Source: Minisyncoccota bacterium | GTDB taxonomy: Bacteria; Patescibacteriota; Minisyncoccia; Phycocordibacterales; JABAAK01 | Direction: 5' to 3' | NCBI GenBank assembly: GCA_965222235.1 | Contig: OZ244939.1 | Span: forward strand, 493,942 to 557,941 | DNA length: 64,000 nucleotides | Part shown: positions 55,776 through 64,000 of the stretch, piece by piece | Layout of the letters: the number at the start of each line of letters is the position of its first letter | How positions within the stretch are numbered: position 1 is the first letter of the stretch | Notes under the pieces: generated by a model | Database searches by the model: none | What the model saw: the letters and a program-made list of their open reading frames with translations, nothing else | Told to the model about the DNA's origin: nothing | Program-made: the position numbers and the translations under genes

Positions 55776-56345
55776 ATGAGGAAACAGAATGCCGACGCGG
55801 CAGCCGTTCATACGGATCGGAGGGATGTGCGGGTTATTATCGCATGGGCGATATTCATCGTGTCCCTCATTACCATTGCCGCTTCATACGGCGCCATTTT
55901 CTATTTCAACAGGATAATACAGGATATTGAGCTGCAGATAGAGGAGCAGGAAACCGCCATTCAGACCAGAACGATAGGAGAAATCATTCTCTTTAACGAG
56001 CAGATTGAGACGAGAAAATCCCTCGCCGCATCACGGGCCGGGTATCTCACGATAATCACTGAAGTGGCGAACATTATCATACCGTCGGTGCGCTTCTCAT
56101 CACTGGCTGTATCACTCAAGGACGATGCATATATTGTGAAGATTGACGCAGTGGCGGAGAGCCTGGTTGCGTATCTGCAGCAGGCGAATGTACTCAGAAT
56201 CTCCGAACATCCGCTGATTCAGCGAATAATGATAGATGAATACGCCATCCGCCGGGATGATGCGGGGCGGAACACGGTCACCTTCTCACTCAGCCTGCAG
56301 GTACCGATCAGCAAGGTCGCCGCACCGGCACAAAAAAGCATATGA
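55776..56345 (+). CDS. pilN: PilN-like type IV pilus biogenesis protein
   Basis: Short cytoplasmic N-terminus, one TM helix (VIIAWAIFIVSLITIAASYGAIFYF) and a coiled-coil periplasmic region. Start set at the in-frame Met (MRKQN) within ORF 55704..56345. Confidence 0.55.
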   Translation: MRKQNADAAAVHTDRRDVRVIIAWAIFIVSLITIAASYGAIFYFNRIIQDIELQIEEQETAIQTRTIGEIILFNEQIETRKSLAASRAGYLTIITEVANIIIPSVRFSSLAVSLKDDAYIVKIDAVAESLVAYLQQANVLRISEHPLIQRIMIDEYAIRRDDAGRNTVTFSLSLQVPISKVAAPAQKSI

Positions 56346-56896
56346 CAAACAGATTTTTACCAATACTCCTCCTACTCGCTCTCTCCGCAACGCTGTATGC
56401 GTTCATCATTGTGCCGGTGTCCGGAACGGCCCGCACGAAGTATAAGTTTGTGAACAACCTGCAGGAAGTGCTTTCGCAGGCCGAAGAGTTGCACCGGCGC
56501 CGTGATGAACTGCTGGCCCAGAAAAACAGCGTACCGGTCCAGCAGCGGGAAATGCTGAAACGCTCAATTTCACCCCACAACTACAGCGAAGTGGTGCGGT
56601 TCGTCATAGCACTTGAAACGGTCATCGGCAGAAGCGGTTTGGGGGCTGATATCCCGTATACTATCGGACGGGAGAAGAAAGAGGAAAACGGGTTGATTGT
56701 CGTTCCGATCACCTTTAACTTTGATCGGATAGGATACGCCGATCTGCTCAGATTCATTGAGCGGCTTCGCGATTGGGATCGTGGCGCCCGGATTGTGTCC
56801 GTTCGCATCCTCTCCTCCGATTCCGATACCGGCACATCTACGGTGAGGGCGTCAATAACAATAGAAGGGCTCTTCCTGGAAGAATTCAAGACATAA
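56342..56896 (+). CDS. pilO: PilO-like type IV pilus biogenesis protein
   Basis: TM helix (FLPILLLLALSATLYAFIIV), a coiled-coil and a C-terminal globular domain; the start overlaps the pilN stop (ATGA). Confidence 0.5.
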   Translation: MTNRFLPILLLLALSATLYAFIIVPVSGTARTKYKFVNNLQEVLSQAEELHRRRDELLAQKNSVPVQQREMLKRSISPHNYSEVVRFVIALETVIGRSGLGADIPYTIGREKKEENGLIVVPITFNFDRIGYADLLRFIERLRDWDRGARIVSVRILSSDSDTGTSTVRASITIEGLFLEEFKT

Positions 56897-56903
56897 TACG
56901 CAT

Positions 56904-57263
56904 ATGTACAGACAGACAATAAAATCACTCATCATATTCATCGCCCTCATCGCCATCATGTTCTATATAGCCCACTCATTCGCGCGCGAATCAAAGACGG
57001 AGCACACCCTGAACGAAACACGGGCATCCACATTTCTTGATCTGACCCTCAAACTGCAGGGAATCACCTTTGACATTGATTTTGTCAAAAGCCTGTCTGC
57101 CGTAGGAACGGCGGAGCCGGCAATCGCCGAAACCCTGTCGCGTTCGCAGGTGGGAAGGCCGAATCCGTTCTCGTCAGCCAGGGGGCAGCGTATCGGTCCC
57201 GCCCCGACGCCGCAGAAACCGCCCGCACCCGTCGCCGAACCGCAGGTATTGATACTGCCGTAA
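56904..57263 (+). CDS. small TM protein in the pilus operon (PilP-like?)
   Basis: One TM helix then a Pro-rich C-terminus (PAPTPQKPPAPVAEPQ); positioned where pilP/pilQ-associated genes usually sit. Confidence 0.3.
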   Translation: MYRQTIKSLIIFIALIAIMFYIAHSFARESKTEHTLNETRASTFLDLTLKLQGITFDIDFVKSLSAVGTAEPAIAETLSRSQVGRPNPFSSARGQRIGPAPTPQKPPAPVAEPQVLILP

Positions 57264-57266
57264 TAT

Positions 57267-59021
57267 ATGCCGACCACATCAGCACAATCAGCAGCACCGA
57301 AGCCGAAGAAGAATGTCGTCGTGGCGAAAAAATCCGCCGAGCGGAAAAAGAAAGACAGCATCACTATCACGAAAAACTATAAAGTGCCGGGTGAAGTGTT
57401 CAGTTTTATACCCCGCGAATCAGCCGAGCTGTACAAGATCGTACCGCTGGCGAGACGGGGGGATGTGCTCCATATCGGCACTATTGATATGTCAAACCTG
57501 GACGCCCGTGACGCGCTCAACTTCATTACCACCAGTCAGGGGCTCGACTATGCCATGCAGCAGATAACGGAGGAACAGTTTGAGACCATACTTAACCAGT
57601 ACGGTCAGGCGCACTCGGCGATGAGCGAGGCGCTTGAGCAGCTGGAAGAACAGCACGATGTCGTGCTCAGCATTGACGAGGATCAGGATGACGGCGGAGA
57701 CAATGTCATTCGCGAGGAGGCCCCCATCATCAAACTGGTGGGAACGATTCTTTCTCAGGCGGTTGATAAGGAGGCGTCTGATGTGCACATAGAGGCGTTT
57801 GAAACATTCTCAATCGTACGGTACCGCCTTGACGGCGTGCTGCAGGAGCAGCTGCGCTTTGCCCGCAGGATACACGACTCCCTCATCGCCCGCATCAAAA
57901 TTATCTCAAACCTCCGCCTGGACGAGCGCCGTCGCCCGCAGGACGGCAGGTTCGCCAGTAAAATCAGAAACAATCGCGTTGACTTCCGTGTCGCGACGCT
58001 GCCGACGGCGAACGGGGAAAAGGTGGTGCTCAGGGTGCTTGACCGGCAGCGGGGTTTGCGCGATCTCAGCGATCTCGGTCTCAACGAAAACGTGCATGAA
58101 AAACTGCTACGTGCCGTGAAACGCCCCTTCGGACTTATTCTCGCCACCGGTCCGACCGGGTCCGGTAAGACAACAACGCTCTACGCGCTGCTCAACATTC
58201 TGGACCGCGACTCGCAGAACATCGTGTCGCTGGAAGATCCGGTTGAGTACAAGATAGACGGCGTCAACCAATCAAACATCCGCCCGGAAATCGGCTACAC
58301 CTTTGCGACGGGGCTGCGCTCCGTGCTCCGCGGCGACCCCGATCAGATACTGGTCGGTGAGATTCGGGACAAGGAGACGGCGCACCTCGCTATACAGGCG
58401 GCACTGACCGGACACCTGGTGTACTCAACGCTCCACACCAACACCGCCGTCGGCGCGATATCCCGGCTCATGAACTTCGGCATTGATCCGTTCCTGCTGG
58501 CGCCGACGCTCTCGCTCGTCATCGGACAGCGCATGATGCGCCGCCTGGACGGAGAGGGCAAAGATATGCCGATCACGGGAGCGCTCTACACACGGCTGGA
58601 AACCATGTTTGAAACACTGCCGCAGCGGTACCGAAGCAGGGTGCCGGACTTCACCGCGTTTAAGGAGCCGCAACCGACCGAGGAAAACCCCGCCGGCATG
58701 CGCGGGAGAATCGGCGCGTTTGAGGCGCTGGAGATAGATGACGAAGTCCGCGGCATTATCCTCAGTAACCCGGCGGAGGCGGAAATATATGCCGCGGTGC
58801 GTAAAAAGGGATTCATCGGCATCGGCGAGGATGCCGTTATCAAAGGACTGCGCGGCATTGTGCCGTTTTCCGAGGTCGCAAAAATCAGCAACGAGAGCGC
58901 GCTGGCGGAAACCGCGGCGGATGAATTCCGCGATTCGATGCCGGATGTCGCTGAACCGGCGCCGAAGACCGCAAGCGATGACACGGATGAGAGCGGTGTA
59001 TTCACCGTTGCGGAAGCGTAG
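57267..59021 (+). CDS. pilB: type IV pilus assembly ATPase PilB (GspE family)
   Basis: Walker A ATGPTGSGKTTTLYA, Asp box, Walker B, His box and a GspE_N-like N-terminal domain. Confidence 0.9.
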   Translation: MPTTSAQSAAPKPKKNVVVAKKSAERKKKDSITITKNYKVPGEVFSFIPRESAELYKIVPLARRGDVLHIGTIDMSNLDARDALNFITTSQGLDYAMQQITEEQFETILNQYGQAHSAMSEALEQLEEQHDVVLSIDEDQDDGGDNVIREEAPIIKLVGTILSQAVDKEASDVHIEAFETFSIVRYRLDGVLQEQLRFARRIHDSLIARIKIISNLRLDERRRPQDGRFASKIRNNRVDFRVATLPTANGEKVVLRVLDRQRGLRDLSDLGLNENVHEKLLRAVKRPFGLILATGPTGSGKTTTLYALLNILDRDSQNIVSLEDPVEYKIDGVNQSNIRPEIGYTFATGLRSVLRGDPDQILVGEIRDKETAHLAIQAALTGHLVYSTLHTNTAVGAISRLMNFGIDPFLLAPTLSLVIGQRMMRRLDGEGKDMPITGALYTRLETMFETLPQRYRSRVPDFTAFKEPQPTEENPAGMRGRIGAFEALEIDDEVRGIILSNPAEAEIYAAVRKKGFIGIGEDAVIKGLRGIVPFSEVAKISNESALAETAADEFRDSMPDVAEPAPKTASDDTDESGVFTVAEA

Positions 59022-59076
59022 TAACCATGTTGAAAGTGCCGCATGCGCCGCAAAGCGCATAGTATACTGACATTGC

Positions 59077-60159
59077 ATGCAGTACACTGAAGAATTACAG
59101 GATTACATCAATACCGTCATCACCCGTTCCGCATCGGACATCCATCTCATCGTCAATTCCAAGCCGCTGTTCCGGGTGAAGCGGGAGCTGACACCGTTCA
59201 TTCAGAAGGAGGTGCTGACCGAACAGGACACGCTGTCGTTCCTTGCGCTCATACTGAAAACTGACGTGAAGCAGGCGGAAACGGAAATACGGCAGCGGAA
59301 GCATCTGCTGTTCAGCTATCGCCACAAGACGATGCAGGATGCGACGGTTAATTTCAGGGTAACCGCGTACCTGGAACAGGGAAACATCGCCGTTGCAATG
59401 CGCCTCATTGAAGAGACGGAACGCACACTTGAGGAACTGAATCTTCCGCTCATACTGAAAAATGTGATGCGGGAGCCGCATGGGCTGTTTCTTGTCGTCG
59501 GTCCGGCGGGGAACGGCAAATCAACGACGCTGGCGGCGATGGTCAACCACTGCAACACCACGCAGCGCAAGCATATTCTCACCATTGAAGATCCGGTTGA
59601 GTTCATTTTTCATGACAAAAAGTCCGTCATTACCCAGCGGGAGGTGCCGTTTGACACACCGACATTCCGGTCGGGGCTGGACAGTGCCCTGCGCGCCGAC
59701 GCTGACATCCTCATGATCGGTGAAATGCGCGAGACGGCGACCATGCAGGCGGTGATGACGGCCGCTGAGGTCGGGCACCTGGTGCTCTCAACAGTGCATG
59801 CCAGCCATGCGCACGGTGTCGTGCACCGTATTGTAGATTCATTTCCGCCGGATCATCAGCAGCAGATAGCATATCAACTTGCGGAGTCGCTCCTCGGCAT
59901 CTGCTCAATTCACCTGTTGCCGCGCACCTCGGGCGGGCTGATTCCCGCATGTGAGGTGCTCTTCAACACCAACGCGGTCGCAAACCTCATCAGGGAGGGC
60001 AGGGTTGCGAGTATCAAAACGGTCATTGAAACGGGAAGAGAGGAGGGAATGATCAGCCTGGAGCACTCGCTCGCTGATTTGGTGAAACGGAATGAAATTC
60101 TGCTGGAAACGGCAAGATTATACGCGCGGGACGAGCAGGTGCTCATGAAGCACCTCTGA
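59077..60159 (+). CDS. pilT: twitching-motility/retraction ATPase PilT
   Basis: Walker A VVGPAGNGKSTTLAAM, the typical PilT length of ~360 aa and an AIRNLIREG-like motif (VANLIREGRVASI). Confidence 0.85.
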   Translation: MQYTEELQDYINTVITRSASDIHLIVNSKPLFRVKRELTPFIQKEVLTEQDTLSFLALILKTDVKQAETEIRQRKHLLFSYRHKTMQDATVNFRVTAYLEQGNIAVAMRLIEETERTLEELNLPLILKNVMREPHGLFLVVGPAGNGKSTTLAAMVNHCNTTQRKHILTIEDPVEFIFHDKKSVITQREVPFDTPTFRSGLDSALRADADILMIGEMRETATMQAVMTAAEVGHLVLSTVHASHAHGVVHRIVDSFPPDHQQQIAYQLAESLLGICSIHLLPRTSGGLIPACEVLFNTNAVANLIREGRVASIKTVIETGREEGMISLEHSLADLVKRNEILLETARLYARDEQVLMKHL

Positions 60160-60164
60160 TACAT

Positions 60165-61361
60165 ATGTTTTTTAAATACAAAGTCATAGATAAGGAAGGC
60201 AGGGAAGCGCAGGGGCGTATTGAGGCGTTCAACCGGACGAATGCAATCACCGAGCTGCTCAATAACGGGTACACGGTACTCGGGCTGGAGGAGGAGAAAA
60301 GCGGGCTGCTACAGATAGGGCTGTTTAACCGCGTTCGCCGGCAGGACCTCGTCATTTTTTCCCGACAGATCGCAACACTGTTTGAGGCCGAAATATCGGC
60401 GCTCCGGGCGTTCAATCTCATTGCGGAAAATGTGCAGAATAAATATTTTCAGAGCATCCTTCAGGACATCGCGAGGAATATTGAGCAGGGATTTTCCGTT
60501 GAAAAATCATTCCAGCGGCATCAGGAGATATTCGGCGATTTCTTCATCGCCGTCGTCGGTGTCGGCGAACGATCAGGAACACTGCCGCGGTCGTTTCTGT
60601 ATCTCGCCGACTACACCGAACGGAACGCCGACATCATCGCCCGCATCCGCAAGGCTCTCACCTATCCCATTTTTGTTATTGTCATGTTCTTCGCCGTGAT
60701 GATACTGATGCTGGTTACCGTCATTCCGCAGATATCCTCCATTCTCGTGCAGTCAAATGTTGAGCTGCCGGTCATCACACAGATTGTCATCACGCTCAGC
60801 AATTTCTTCAAAGACAATATCAGCATTATCCTCATCGGCATGCTCGTTGCCGGCGTTGCCGCTGTCTATTGGGCGCGCACCGAAGACGGGCGGAAGGTCG
60901 TTGATGAAACCATTGTCACCATGCCGCTTATAGGCGGCCTGTTCCGCACGTTCTACCTCGTCCGTTTTGCAAACAACCTCAGTGTCATGCTCGCCAGCGG
61001 TGTGCCCATCGTCACCTCGCTGCAGACCATCAGCCGGGTGATGGGAAACAGGATATACATGACCATGGTGATGGAAGTTGAGGAGCGGGTGCGTCAGGGA
61101 ACCGCGCTGTCGGTGGCACTGGAGCAGCAGCACCTCATCAGCAGGAATGTGACGCAGATTATTAAAATCGGCGAGGAAACGGGAAAATTGTCGCACATGC
61201 TTGAAGTCATCACCTCGTTCTATGAAAAACAGCTGCAGGATACCATTGACATCCTGCTGGACCTGATTCAACCGACCGTCATTGTCGTGCTCGGCATCAG
61301 CGTCGGTCTCCTCATCGGCTCGGTTATCATTCCGATCTACTCAATCTCAAGCGGTATATAG
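60165..61361 (+). CDS. pilC: type IV pilus platform protein PilC (GspF family)
   Basis: Duplicated T2SSF domains with three TM segments. Confidence 0.85.
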   Translation: MFFKYKVIDKEGREAQGRIEAFNRTNAITELLNNGYTVLGLEEEKSGLLQIGLFNRVRRQDLVIFSRQIATLFEAEISALRAFNLIAENVQNKYFQSILQDIARNIEQGFSVEKSFQRHQEIFGDFFIAVVGVGERSGTLPRSFLYLADYTERNADIIARIRKALTYPIFVIVMFFAVMILMLVTVIPQISSILVQSNVELPVITQIVITLSNFFKDNISIILIGMLVAGVAAVYWARTEDGRKVVDETIVTMPLIGGLFRTFYLVRFANNLSVMLASGVPIVTSLQTISRVMGNRIYMTMVMEVEERVRQGTALSVALEQQHLISRNVTQIIKIGEETGKLSHMLEVITSFYEKQLQDTIDILLDLIQPTVIVVLGISVGLLIGSVIIPIYSISSGI

Positions 61362-61415
61362 CTTTCCCCCGGATACGGTTGTCCCCGGATGAACGGGTAT
61401 ATACTGCTGGTATAT

Positions 61416-61937
61416 ATGCAACGGAGAATAGATACAGGGTTTACGCTCATGGAGCTGCTGGTCACCATAGCCATCCTCGGCATTCTTGCCGGACTGGTGA
61501 CGGCTTCGCTTGCCGGCGAAAAGGACGATGCGCAGGACGCGGCGGTGATACTCAGCGTTGAATCAGTTGAGCCGTATGTTACGAAACAGGCATTCAGGCG
61601 CGGCAGCCTTTCGCGCTCGGAGATCTGCAGGAACGTACGCGACCAGATTAACCTTAACGACGACTATCTCAAAACCTGGACGACGACGACAATATGCGCG
61701 GGCAATGATGCCGATGAGGAGTTCGAGATATGCTGCGCATCAAGCGGTAGGGAGTGGATTGTGTGGGGACGGCTCAGCACCTACAACGATACCGCCGCAG
61801 CAGCAGAAGGTACACAGAAGGATATCTACTGCATAGACGATGACGGTTTCGGCGGAGAGGTTGACCTTACCGCGGCAGCGGCAGCGGGCGGCAGCGGGAA
61901 TTTTGCTGTGCAGGGCAGTAACCTGAAGTGCGAATAA
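61416..61937 (+). CDS. type IV (pre)pilin
   Basis: Class III signal RIDTG|FTLMELLVTIAILGILAGLV with Glu at +5. Start at the in-frame ATG at 61416 within ORF 61389..61937. Confidence 0.8.
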   Translation: MQRRIDTGFTLMELLVTIAILGILAGLVTASLAGEKDDAQDAAVILSVESVEPYVTKQAFRRGSLSRSEICRNVRDQINLNDDYLKTWTTTTICAGNDADEEFEICCASSGREWIVWGRLSTYNDTAAAAEGTQKDIYCIDDDGFGGEVDLTAAAAAGGSGNFAVQGSNLKCE

Positions 61938-61957
61938 AGGATATATACTGAAATCAT

Positions 61958-64000
61958 ATGCATACCGACATGCACGCAGGCGGTCGTTCCGGCTTCACGC
62001 TCCTTGAGATGCTGATCACCATATCCATCATCGTCATCATCGTCTCGGTGGTGCTCATAAACTACACGACATTCACGAGCCGCTCCGGGCTCCGCGTCCG
62101 CGCCGCTGAGGTGGCGGAGTTCATCCGGTTCGCGCAGGAGCGCTCCGCGTCAAGCGAGCTGCTGGATACATCGGATGCGGCACTGGCGCCGACGCGCGGA
62201 TTTCAAATCGTCCGGATGAAGGTGCGCGACGGCCTGCTGAACGAATTCCGCATTGAAAAGTTCGCCGGGCCATTCACAGGATTCGCTAATTTTGACACCG
62301 CCGGTTCCGGGGATGTGCCGAAAAACCGCATCACCACCCTTCCGCCGCAGGAGGAATATTTCGTTGATGTCTGCTATATCAACACGGACGGCTCCCCCGC
62401 ATATGTCAGAAAATCTTTGAAACAGGGTTCCGCGAACTGTACATCGGCGTCGCCGACATATATGCTCTGCGGCGAGCCGAACATTTCGGTGTCCGATGAT
62501 GTTGTTGCGCTTGAAGCGGCACAACGTAACAATTTTGATGTCCATTTTTCAGTTGAGCAACCGACGCGGGAGGTGCATGCGAATATCATATCCGTGAATG
62601 ATGCCGGTGCGCTGCAATATAACGCCGGCAATGTACAGCCGAACGGCCCGTCCGAACGCGAGTCGGACATATATGAAGGTGTCCGTGTCGTCCTGATCAC
62701 ACCGACCGGACTCAGGCGCAGCGTTGATGTGTACCGCACGGGGCTGATAACGACGAAGGCGGACAACACGACGGACGGCTGCGAAAGTTTGTCCCCTCCG
62801 GGGAATCTCAGCGCAAGCATCAGCAGCGGCATCGTGACGCTGTCGTGGGACAATCCGCCCGACACTTCTATCACAACCTATCAGTATCGGGTTAGCGAAA
62901 ACGGCGGCAGTTTCGGATCGTGGTCGGGGGAGATAACGCCGAGCAGGGGTACGACACGCACTGTCTACAGTTTTGCCGGGCTGGATATTGACAATTGGTA
63001 CACTTTTGAACTGCGGGCGGTGGCTGAGACGAGCACCGGACCGGAGGCGGTGTACACTCTCGCCCGGTCGTGTGCGGCAGATTCGTCGGTAACGATCGGC
63101 ACCTGCACGGGGTCACTGCCTTCCGGCAACCACGGCAACCAGGAGTCAATTACTCCGACCGGGGGCGACGGCACGGCGACGGGAACATATATCTGCACCA
63201 ACGGTGTGTGGGCTTCAACCGATGCCGGCTGCAGACCGGGACCGCAAGACGGTCAATGCGGCGAATCGGAAGATGTGTGTCTGGGGGGCACGTCAAGCAA
63301 CGAACATGTAGATGATGATGAGATATATTACCGATGGCAGTGTCTCGGGCAGAACGACGGGGCGAACGCGCCGCAGACCTGTACCGCACTGAGACCCGGT
63401 CAGTGCAACAATTCGGTACTGAACGATTGCACCACCGGTACCTCGGCTGATATAGATGACAGCACCACACACTATCTCTGGCAGTGTACCGGCATGGGGA
63501 ATCCTAACAACTGCTCCAAACTGAGGCCGGGCGAGTGTGACGAGACAGGGCAGTACGGTTGTACGACCGGCACATCAAACCCCGACGCTGAGCCGGACAC
63601 TACTACAGACCTGAACTGGCGCTGTGACGGTGATCCGCAGTCACGTCTCTGCACCAAACCGAAACCCGGTCAGTGCTCCGATCCGCTGGTATTGAACACG
63701 TGCTCTGTCGGCAACTATGCTTTTGTGAATAACAGCACCACACACTATCTCTGGCAGTGCACTGTTGACGGAGAGGATCCGACCGACTGCTCCCTGGAAC
63801 GCCCCGGCCAGTGTTCCAACCCGTCGGTGCTGAACCAATGCAATACCGGCAGTCTGAACGACATACCGGATTCTGACGAAAACCATCTCTGGCAGTGCAC
63901 CGGTGCGGGTTCGCCGGACAACTGCTCTTTGGCACGATCAAGACCCGGTCAGTGCTCCGATCCGCTGGTATTGAACACGTGCTCTGTCGGCAACTATGCT
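61958..64000 (+). CDS. giant pilin-like protein (prepilin N-terminus + FN3-like domain + Cys-containing ~45-aa repeats), 3' end outside window
   Basis: Not in the ORF track because there is no stop within the window. Manual translation is open from the ATG at 61958 to the window end (681+ aa): MHTDMHAGGRSG|FTLLEMLITISIIVIIVSVV prepilin signal; an FN3-like segment (GNLSASISSGIVTLSWDNPP...YTFELRAVAETSTGPEAV); then repeats of the form RPGQC-x-VLN-x-C-x-G-x-DIDDS-x-HYLWQCTG-x-NC. Confidence 0.7.
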   Translation, partial: MHTDMHAGGRSGFTLLEMLITISIIVIIVSVVLINYTTFTSRSGLRVRAAEVAEFIRFAQERSASSELLDTSDAALAPTRGFQIVRMKVRDGLLNEFRIEKFAGPFTGFANFDTAGSGDVPKNRITTLPPQEEYFVDVCYINTDGSPAYVRKSLKQGSANCTSASPTYMLCGEPNISVSDDVVALEAAQRNNFDVHFSVEQPTREVHANIISVNDAGALQYNAGNVQPNGPSERESDIYEGVRVVLITPTGLRRSVDVYRTGLITTKADNTTDGCESLSPPGNLSASISSGIVTLSWDNPPDTSITTYQYRVSENGGSFGSWSGEITPSRGTTRTVYSFAGLDIDNWYTFELRAVAETSTGPEAVYTLARSCAADSSVTIGTCTGSLPSGNHGNQESITPTGGDGTATGTYICTNGVWASTDAGCRPGPQDGQCGESEDVCLGGTSSNEHVDDDEIYYRWQCLGQNDGANAPQTCTALRPGQCNNSVLNDCTTGTSADIDDSTTHYLWQCTGMGNPNNCSKLRPGECDETGQYGCTTGTSNPDAEPDTTTDLNWRCDGDPQSRLCTKPKPGQCSDPLVLNTCSVGNYAFVNNSTTHYLWQCTVDGEDPTDCSLERPGQCSNPSVLNQCNTGSLNDIPDSDENHLWQCTGAGSPDNCSLARSRPGQCSDPLVLNTCSVGNYA

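Noticed and set aside
62150-63941. Minus-strand ORFs 62150..62545, 62374..62874, 62892..63149, 63150..63470, 63603..63941
   Set aside because: All are antisense to a continuous + strand ORF (61958 to beyond 64000) with a clear prepilin signal and repeat architecture. The + ORF is missing from the track only because it has no stop in the window.
1-64000. CRISPR array or cas genes
   Set aside because: No short direct repeats with unique spacers of CRISPR periodicity were seen. The only regular repeats are the in-frame 321-bp coding repeats and the 30-bp and 24-bp coding duplications in ssb and the 46270 gene. The Cas4-like nuclease at 31822 has no adjacent cas1/cas2.

Overview
This 64 kb window comes from a GC-rich bacterial genome with a streamlined, candidate-phylum-like gene complement. 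Supporting that: SecE is only 57 aa, no rplA lies between rplK and rplJ-rplL, AlaS is C-terminally truncated, IleS carries a domain insertion, and there is a type IV pilus cluster with ComFC. Housekeeping genes read from sequence include a DsbA/DsbA/CcdA disulfide module, secE-nusG-rplK, ileS, recO-like, rpsF-ssb-rpsR, efp, recA, ftsK, rplJ-rplL, leuS, mltG, mnmA and alaS. The type IV pilus genes are pilM, putative pilN and pilO, pilB, pilT, pilC, a pilin and a giant pilin-like adhesin that runs off the window end. One intact IS30-family element (10296-11439) is present, plus an identical 51-bp solo copy of its end immediately upstream of rplJ. The most unusual region is 32.6-45.4 kb. It holds a family of secreted, cysteine-rich tandem-repeat proteins built from near-identical 321-bp (107-aa) repeats with copy numbers 3, 1, 1 and 4. 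Only one copy, A (32602-35613, minus strand), has a real ATG start and a signal peptide. Three further copies, B, C and D, are 5'-truncated, lie in both orientations, and each ends in a different Cys-rich C-terminal tail. A and B sit head-to-head in two ~510-bp near-identical inverted arms flanking a 363-bp segment that carries A's start codon, signal-peptide coding and upstream AT-rich region. This geometry matches a promoter/5'-exon inversion switch of the Campylobacter fetus sap type. B and D are each followed by a paralogous membrane-anchored FG-GAP beta-propeller gene, giving duplicated two-gene modules reminiscent of orphan C-terminal cassettes. A lipoprotein subtilase lies between the cassettes. 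All calls are from reading the sequence and the supplied ORF track. The track labels GTG/TTG starts as M, and it omits ORFs shorter than 60 aa and ORFs that run off the window end.
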